In this document: positions 57,199 to 64,000 of the stretch, piece after piece
Layout of the letters: each line of letters opens with the position of its first letter
How positions within the stretch are numbered: the stretch's first letter is position 1
Assembly (NCBI GenBank): GCA_030141605.1
Contig: JAQGDQ010000406.1
Coordinates: 145,164 to 209,163 of the forward strand
DNA length: 64,000 nt
Direction of reading: 5' to 3'
DNA from: Tubiluchus corallicola
Lineage: Eukaryota > Animalia > Priapulida
Program-made: the position numbers and the translations under genes
Notes under the pieces: generated by a model
Told to the model about the DNA's origin: nothing
The model's database searches: none
What the model saw: the letters and a program-made list of their open reading frames with translations, nothing else

Positions 57199-57340
57199 TG
57201 TGTGAATGAAAGCAATAGATTCGTTTGCAATTGTGTTTCTGGATTTACTGGAGACATTTGTGGACAAGATAAAAATCGCCACCGCATATGTTATTAGACC
57301 ATCATGAATTTATATAGCTGTGAAACTAAAAGTGAATTAA
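57199..57340 (+). pseudogene. Tandem duplicate of the 3' half of exon 57010 plus flank, donor mutated GT to AT
   Basis: TGTGTGAATGAAAGCAATAGATTCG...GGACAAGATAAAAA versus GGACAAGGTAAAAA. Confidence 0.85.
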
Positions 57341-57929
57341 TAATAAAAAAGTTTTCATGAAACCTGCAAATATACTATTATAATACCATGATTTACCATA
57401 GTACTTTTACATGAATTCAGTGTACGTTATGCTTAGATTAATGAATAATCCCTTTAAATCCATACGTTTTTAATTTTTAAATTTTAATTTATGTTTGCCA
57501 ACTACTCAAGATGCTACATTCTTATTTTATTAATTTATTAATGTTAATCGTATTGTTAACGTTGTCTTCAAATTATTTTAGGAAAAATACTGTCAATGAA
57601 CTTTTTCAACATAAAAAGTTATCTGGTTTTCTGAAATAGATACAATTTCACAGCGAAAAGTTTCCAGAGTAACAGTGTCCAAGTGTTTATAGCAGATAGT
57701 AACTAGAAGTAAATCAACTTGCGGCAACTGTCTGAGAGTTTGCAATAAGTTGACGGCAGCACCACACAAAGTGGTTCAGACTTTAGAGTTTGCTGTCTGA
57801 GAGAAAACTCACTAGTCTAAACTGCATAACACAGACAATGACCATGACACTTTATTGAATCGTTTAAGTACCTATTTAAATAGATTGGGTAATTTACATC
57901 TTTCTAATGCATTTGCTGCTTCTGTTTAG

Positions 57930-58043
57930 AAATTGATGAATGTTCATCTAATCCTTGTCAGAATGGAGGTACTTGTAAAGATGAAATCGATAACTATATT
58001 TGTTTGTGCGTCAACGGATATACCGGAAACGAATGTGAAACAA
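57930..58043 (+). CDS. Ca-binding EGF exon
   Basis: [41 protein letters not shown]. Confidence 0.88.
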
Positions 58044-58216
58044 GTAAAACCTTTCACGATGCTTTGTATTTTTGCGCATATTATGATATGCAGTGTAGTA
58101 GTAGTTTAACAATTGTTGCATCACTGTATCTTAATGCATGATATTCGAGGAATACTGTAATATACAGTCATGTAACAATTTCGGCAATATTTTTACCCAA
58201 TAGCTCTTTTCTTTAG

Positions 58217-58327
58217 ATATAAATGAATGCGCATCTGATCCTTGTGTCCATGGTACATGTTCTGATGGAATCAACTCATACATTTGCAATTGTCAAGCTG
58301 GGTATACAGGAAATAAATGTGACACAG
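58217..58327 (+). CDS. Ca-binding EGF exon
   Basis: [40 protein letters not shown]. Confidence 0.88.
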
Positions 58328-58480
58328 GTAAAGACAGGTGTTTTTTATGTATTGTATCTAGTTTGTACCTTATTCATTAAGATAACTACTTTAGTCAAAA
58401 AATGATAGGCTTACATTTCTTTGTTTTCTGCTAAACATAACTTAGCAAATATTGCAATGTTTTGATTAAATAATTTTCAG

Positions 58481-58594
58481 ATATAGACGAATGTGCATCA
58501 GGTGCTTGCCTGAATGGTGCTACGTGCCGTGATAGAGTCAATGCATACGATTGTTCTTGTGCTTCTGGATATATTGGAACTAACTGTGGACAAG
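58481..58594 (+). CDS. Ca-binding EGF exon
   Basis: [41 protein letters not shown]. Confidence 0.88.
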
Positions 58595-58760
58595 GTACGT
58601 AATAATTATATTATAATTATAATAAAAAATATTATATAATTATAATATTTTCAAATTTTTGAATTCAGTTAAAATAAATGTGCAATTGGTATGCAGCAAC
58701 AAATCCAGTTTTTTAATAAAACTTTATTAATTTATTAATAGCTATATTATTTTTGTTCAG

Positions 58761-58859
58761 TTGATTATTGCTCATCTAATCCTTGCAAAAATGGAGGTAC
58801 ATGTAATGAGGGGGCTTGCTCTTGCACTGCAGATTTTACTGGAGTTAACTGTGAAGCAG
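58761..58859 (+). CDS. Short terminal EGF exon
   Basis: [36 protein letters not shown]. Confidence 0.86.
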
Positions 58860-59234
58860 GTAACAGCTCCACTGTAATTAGTAATAATTATTGCTGATTG
58901 TATTTAATGAAGTTGGAATATTATTAGTGAAAGGATTTTGCTACAAGTAAGGGTTTATTCGGTTCTGTAAAAACAGGATAATGGCTTTTGGCTACAAAAT
59001 ATTACCAAGTTCCTACAAATATTACCAAAAATTTGAACGGTTTAACCAAGTAAAATTAGAATAAAAATTATGTTAACTTACACTTGGTGACATCTATGAT
59101 ATCATGAATGAGCACAGCGCTTTATTATAACAGTATATGCTATAAAAAATGTTGTAATAATAATATCTAAGTGTTACGAGCGTGCAAAAGATAACCGGTA
59201 GAAACCTGTTTAGTACCAATTTTTTATGTCTTTC

Positions 59235-59590
59235 AATTATTTACATGATGTAAGCACTTAAAGCAAGGGAGTTCGTGAAAATGTGTGTTACGTTATCAAG
59301 TTGGGCGGGGCTAAACGCGGCTTGTGATCTATCTATTGCAGACGTTACTGCTGAACTAAGAATTCCCAGATGCAAATTTTCACGGTACCAAAATTTCTTC
59401 AAATGAAAATTATTAATACCAAATTTACCTCTACCAAACTTACAAGTAGTAATTTTTTCGTGTTTTTCATTTATTTACATGCTGTAAGCACTTATAGCAA
59501 GGGAGTTCGTGAGAATATGCGTTACGTCATCAAGTTGGGTGGGGCTAAACGCGGCTTGTGGTGTATCTATTGCAGATGTTATTGCAGTTG
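59235..59590. repeat. About 120-bp direct repeat pair
   Basis: TTATTTACATG..GTAAGCACTTA..GCAAGGGAGTTCGTG...GGGGCTAAACGCGGCTTGTG...ATTGCAGA at about 59238 and about 59472. Confidence 0.85.
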
Positions 59591-59911
59591 TTGTTGTTGT
59601 TGTTGTCATTGCTCGTGATGAATTATACATGGAGATGAATTTTTTTCAGTCTTTCACATTTAGTATAGCTTGTAATCCCACTGTATCCCTAGACCTGTAG
59701 TGGTTTGCAGAGTAAATGTCTGAATCTGAACAGCTGGGGTATTTCTAAGGTATAATAGTTAGCACAGCTGCATATAAAGCAGAAGGTCAGCAGCTCAAAC
59801 TTTTTTCTTTCAGTCTTTCGTATTTCGTTCATTGTTACACTTATTTTTGTTACTGAGGCGGCAGATATTCTTGCAAAACAAATTTCAGACTCCAATAATT
59901 GTCTTTTGCAG

Positions 59912-60250
59912 GTGTGAAACCTATAAAGTTGATCATCCCTGCTTTCTGTACGCCTCAGGATTGGAAGGTGAATAACATAGAATGGAAATGGCCAAACGGG
60001 CATATTGATCTAAAGAACTTTCGTGACCATACAATTGTAGCCAATGAGCGCTTTATAGCTCATGTTGGTTTGTCTTGGCAGACCAAGTACGATGAACACT
60101 GCTCGAATACTTCATTCACTATAGAATATCCATTGGAAAGTGATGCTGGCATCTACCAGGCTATATTTACACGTGAAAAGACTACCAGGCAGGATGTTTT
60201 TAATTTCACTGTTCCAGACGGTCTAGACGAGAACAATCAAGCTATAACAG
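59912..60250 (+). CDS. LRR-EGF(n)-Ig protein, Ig-like domain 1 exon
   Basis: TTTTGCAG|GT VKPIKLIIPAFC...IEWKW...ERF...HCSNTSFTIEYPLESDAGIYQAIF...FNFTV, then donor G|GTATAG. Phase 1-1. Confidence 0.82.
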
Positions 60251-62891
60251 GTATAGTGTACAATTTATTTGATTTACCAAAACAATGGTTTGTTTTTTTC
60301 CTATCAAAAGTACTCATTATTTAAAATCCAACTACTACTGTGAAATGAGGCCTTACTTTTCAAATTACACAAATTAGTCATTTTAAACAAGAAAACCTGA
60401 AGTGATCCATTTTATCAACAAACTTGTTTACACAGTTAAATTCTTTCGTACTACCACTAATAGTAGTAGTATTAGTAGTCTGTTCATTAAAAAGTATTAT
60501 TCCGAATTAACACTTCATTTTAAGTGCAAATAATTACGTTTTAGTTTTTGATCTGTGTTAGTCAATGTCGTAAACACAAAATAATTGTATTATGATGAAT
60601 GGTTGATTTCTATACTTCGTGTTTTATCTCATTTTAATGATTTAATGTTCTTAACTTTTTAACTTTATGTAAATAGTTTGAATTCTAGTTTTATACGTGT
60701 TAGAGCAAAATTGTGCAACTGAATGCCCTGAATTTAATTACTTTTACCCGTGTAATTGATTATACATTTACAAAAAGTACTAAAACTGAAAACAGATACA
60801 GAATACAGAATACAGTTACTTTAAAAAAACTGGTTGTCTAACAAGAAAAGCCTATATTAAAGCGTTGATGAGAGTAAAGGTATGATTCATATATTCCATT
60901 GACAAACAGTCGAGAATTACTTCAGTAAGGCATATCTCGAGTTTTTTTCCTGTTTGCACGGATCTGTCCTTGCAAACTGGCTTCTCAATGTATTCGTAGG
61001 CTTAGATTTGCAGTAATAAATTACCCATGTAATTGTCATTCACGTCCGTAGCATAGCTGTCATCGTGCCCATCCAGCCATGTAGTTAGTTGAATTAGGCT
61101 TCTTTCATTAACCTATGTATAATCATCTTTCTGTACCAAAAACGCAAACGTAGATCTCTTATAATAGACCAGTATTTAATTAATTGGTCTTGTTTTCGAT
61201 GTGAAAGTAAAAACCGAAACTTTTTACCTGTATTTCATGGTTGTCCAGTTTTTAATTTCATTGTTTGGGAAACGGTTAAAGGGTTAAGAAGCACAAGACA
61301 ACAAATTACGTATTTGGCAGGTTTACACGGTTATTTACCTAACCAGAAATATTGATACCAAGACATCTGCATTATTTACAAACTTCAAGTTTACGTACAA
61401 GTGGCCAATGACACCATGTTTTCCAGTTATGCAAGTAATTGAAAAATAGAATTTGATAACAAAAGCTAATTAGCTTAACAAACTAATAAGTCAAATTTAC
61501 AAAATCAGCTAATTGTGATAATGTCCATGTCTATAGGTTACGTACTCTGAGTCTCAATGTCATGAAAAGCAGGCACGACCGCCTATAAACGAGGTGTAAC
61601 ACGTGGTTCTGGGGTTCTATAGTGTTAGATAATTTACTATTAGAATCCTGGAGTCGGGCTAAGGCTTTGTTGTTTCATACGGGGGCACGCGGAACCCGAG
61701 CCTAGGAGTCTTAATGAGCCAGTAATATTCGATGGTAGATAGAATACCAAACCAACTATTAAGCTGTATATAACAAAATTTAATTGATAACCAGGAGAAA
61801 AGAAATACTTCACAATAACAATCAATCACAGTACAGCAAATGTATTCTCTAGTCTAATAATAGAGAAGGGAGGTGTTAGTGGGGGTAGCACGTGCAAACG
61901 ATGACGCACTCTCGATGACGGCAATCCAACGATGACCATATACAGCGGGATTATGCTAGCTAGCAAACGCTGAGCAAAAGTACAAAAGTCTTGTCTTACC
62001 AGACACTCCATGAACATTGTGTGAAACGGCAGCTGCTAACCTGTGGGGTAAGATCCATGGATTTACCACTATGGTTTGCTCCACCAACAATGGACTGTCC
62101 ACCATAAACTTTAGCGCAGGTTTGAACAAATCCTCGGATAATGACGGTAACGGTAGCCACCTCATCAAACCAAAACAACGTACTCAGCATAGACCCGTCA
62201 GCACTGTAAACAATAGCTGTTGACAGAAGAAATAGTGACGTCTACTGCACTATAACATCGACATTGCTAATCGACATTTCTGGCTGTCTTTTCACAGACA
62301 TGTGAAAATCAGACGATGGTCATTTTACGTGACCTAGGCCTTTCAATAACGGCCGACTGACTGCCAGGTTGCACGTCTCAGGCTATAGCTGTAAAGTATG
62401 TATCATGTACACTTCACACCTGTACGGGTTTCACACATTTGAAATAAGTCGCGAGTATCACAGGTATTGCAGAACACAACCAGAAGACGAGGGGGGGGGT
62501 GTTAGTAGGACTCCTACACTACTACACTAATTAGACTAACAATACAGTACTACTATAATGACTACTACAATGTAATCAAATTACACTAGCAAGTGCTAGA
62601 GCTATCACTATAAAGAACTTGACTGTGAAATGAAAAGGTGACAAACAAGTAAACAAAATATCGTAAATAATAGATGGTTCGTCACACTAATAAATTGACG
62701 AGCTTTGCTTTATCAAAACGTGACTTTATTTCCCTTAGAAACATTTTAAAACACCCACACAGTTTTGCTCACCATCAGGCGAGTAGTAATTTTAATCAGA
62801 ATTCAAAAGTTTGTCGTAATTACAGTAACATAAATAACTTGAACATCGCCTGCAAAAATGAAAGTTTGAACAAAAAATTACTTTTTTGCAG

Positions 62892-63184
62892 ATTTTGAAT
62901 ACAAAGAGTTCAACGTCACACAGAACTTTTGCGTAGACCATGGATACGAAGAAGTAAAATGGGTATGGTCGGGTGGAAGTATCATTCTTATGGCATCAAA
63001 AACTTCTTACCATGAGCGTTTCACTGGTAGAATCGTACCAGGTCCAACCACTGGATGCTACCAAGCAGTGCTAACTATAAATTCTCCTGTAAGAACTGAT
63101 AATGGCGTTTATACACTAGTAGTGACAACGGACAAAGGACTCACAAACAGGTACGAGGTCGGTGTTAGACTCACCGTGCGATAG
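62892..63184 (+). CDS. LRR-EGF(n)-Ig protein, Ig-like domain 2, probable terminal exon
   Basis: TTTTTTGCAG|AT FEYKEFNVTQNFCVDHGYEEVKWVW...ERF...GCYQAVLTINSPVRTDNGVYTLVVTTDKG...VRLTVR* (TAG at 63182-63184). Confidence 0.82.
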
Positions 63185-64000
63185 AAAAACCACTTTGTTT
63201 TGCTAAACAAGACAGTTTTAAAACACATTCAATTGTAGTATTAATTCATTCATCATAAATTCATTATTTATCTATTTTCACTGTTCCACACACATTTGTT
63301 TATAATTTTGAATTTAACATCTTTTAACTTTTTTGAGACTACTGTCATTTTTTCCATTATTTTATTACGGATATTATTTACTGCACGAAATTTTCCTCAC
63401 CATTTTTAGTTGTTGTTGAGCTTCAAAATTGACTGTTGTTAAATACATTGCCATGATTTTCATTTGTTGTTTGTGTTTTTATTCTGAATTTATTCTTAGC
63501 CCGTTTTACACTTACTTATTTCTCTGTTATCTTGGAAATGTGCCTGTCATGTGGGACCAGCTTTTTTCTTTCCTTTCTCATCACAATAATTTTTACACAC
63601 ATTTCAGTTTTACAGTTTAACGTCATTGGCTCGAATCTAGGGTTATGTTTTGTTCAAATCAAGCTTAGTACTGATCAGAGAATGTTACAGCGTATGGGAT
63701 GAAAGAAGCGCTAGGTAAATTAGGTAGCACTTGAAAATTGTAGTTTTGTTCATTCAAAGAGATTAATGTGCTGACGAAAAATGCATAACAAGCTAGTAAA
63801 AAATATTAGTTTTAATGCAACTTGCTGCTTCAAAACATACAAAAAATGACATGTCCAAAATGTGTTTTGACATATTGTCCCAACCACTATATATTGAAAT
63901 AAGCAGAAGTGGTGTTTTGATGTTTAGTTTGCAAAGATTAGCTTAACTTTCCATGCACAGAAATTCTAACAATATTACATATTAATGCTCGAAAATAAAA

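Noticed and set aside
62482-62541. Polypurine tract followed by TGTTAG...CTAACA (mini LTR-like)
   Set aside because: Only about 42 bp long, with no partner LTR, target duplication or retroviral coding remnant identified.
63429-63620. Hydrophobic ORF as a transmembrane exon for the LRR-EGF-Ig gene
   Set aside because: It is T-rich sequence downstream of an in-frame stop, with no convincing phase-compatible donor/acceptor pair. It cannot be fully excluded without RNA data.

Overview
AT-rich, intron- and microsatellite-rich animal (invertebrate-like) genomic DNA. Most ORFs in the supplied track are simple-repeat artefacts. Manual splicing gives four loci. (1) A two-exon K2P/TWIK-family potassium channel (1892-2309 + 18948-19630) whose 16.6 kb intron interrupts the first selectivity filter. 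(2) A three-exon orphan secreted polyproline/10-Cys protein of 147 aa (23602-27003). (3) A minus-strand rhodopsin-class GPCR disrupted by a TA-flanked MITE and a frameshift (about 29432-31080). (4) A 29 kb gene (34102-63184) for an apparently secreted protein of about 1240-1280 aa: signal peptide, LRR, LRRCT, about 20-21 single-exon Notch-type EGF modules, then two atypical Ig domains. Its EGF array consists of symmetric phase-1 exons, includes recent block duplications, chimeric exons and at least 5 dead exons, and contains a basic RRLR mini-exon. This gene is the best candidate for an undescribed system. Mobile DNA includes a Penelope remnant with a minimal hammerhead ribozyme, a near full-length decayed RTE LINE with its empty site preserved next door, CR1/L2-like fragments, TTAA-flanked Kolobok-like MITEs, Tc1/pogo MITEs and a solo LTR. 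Coordinates were counted by hand; repeat boundaries may be off by a few bases. No database searches were run.
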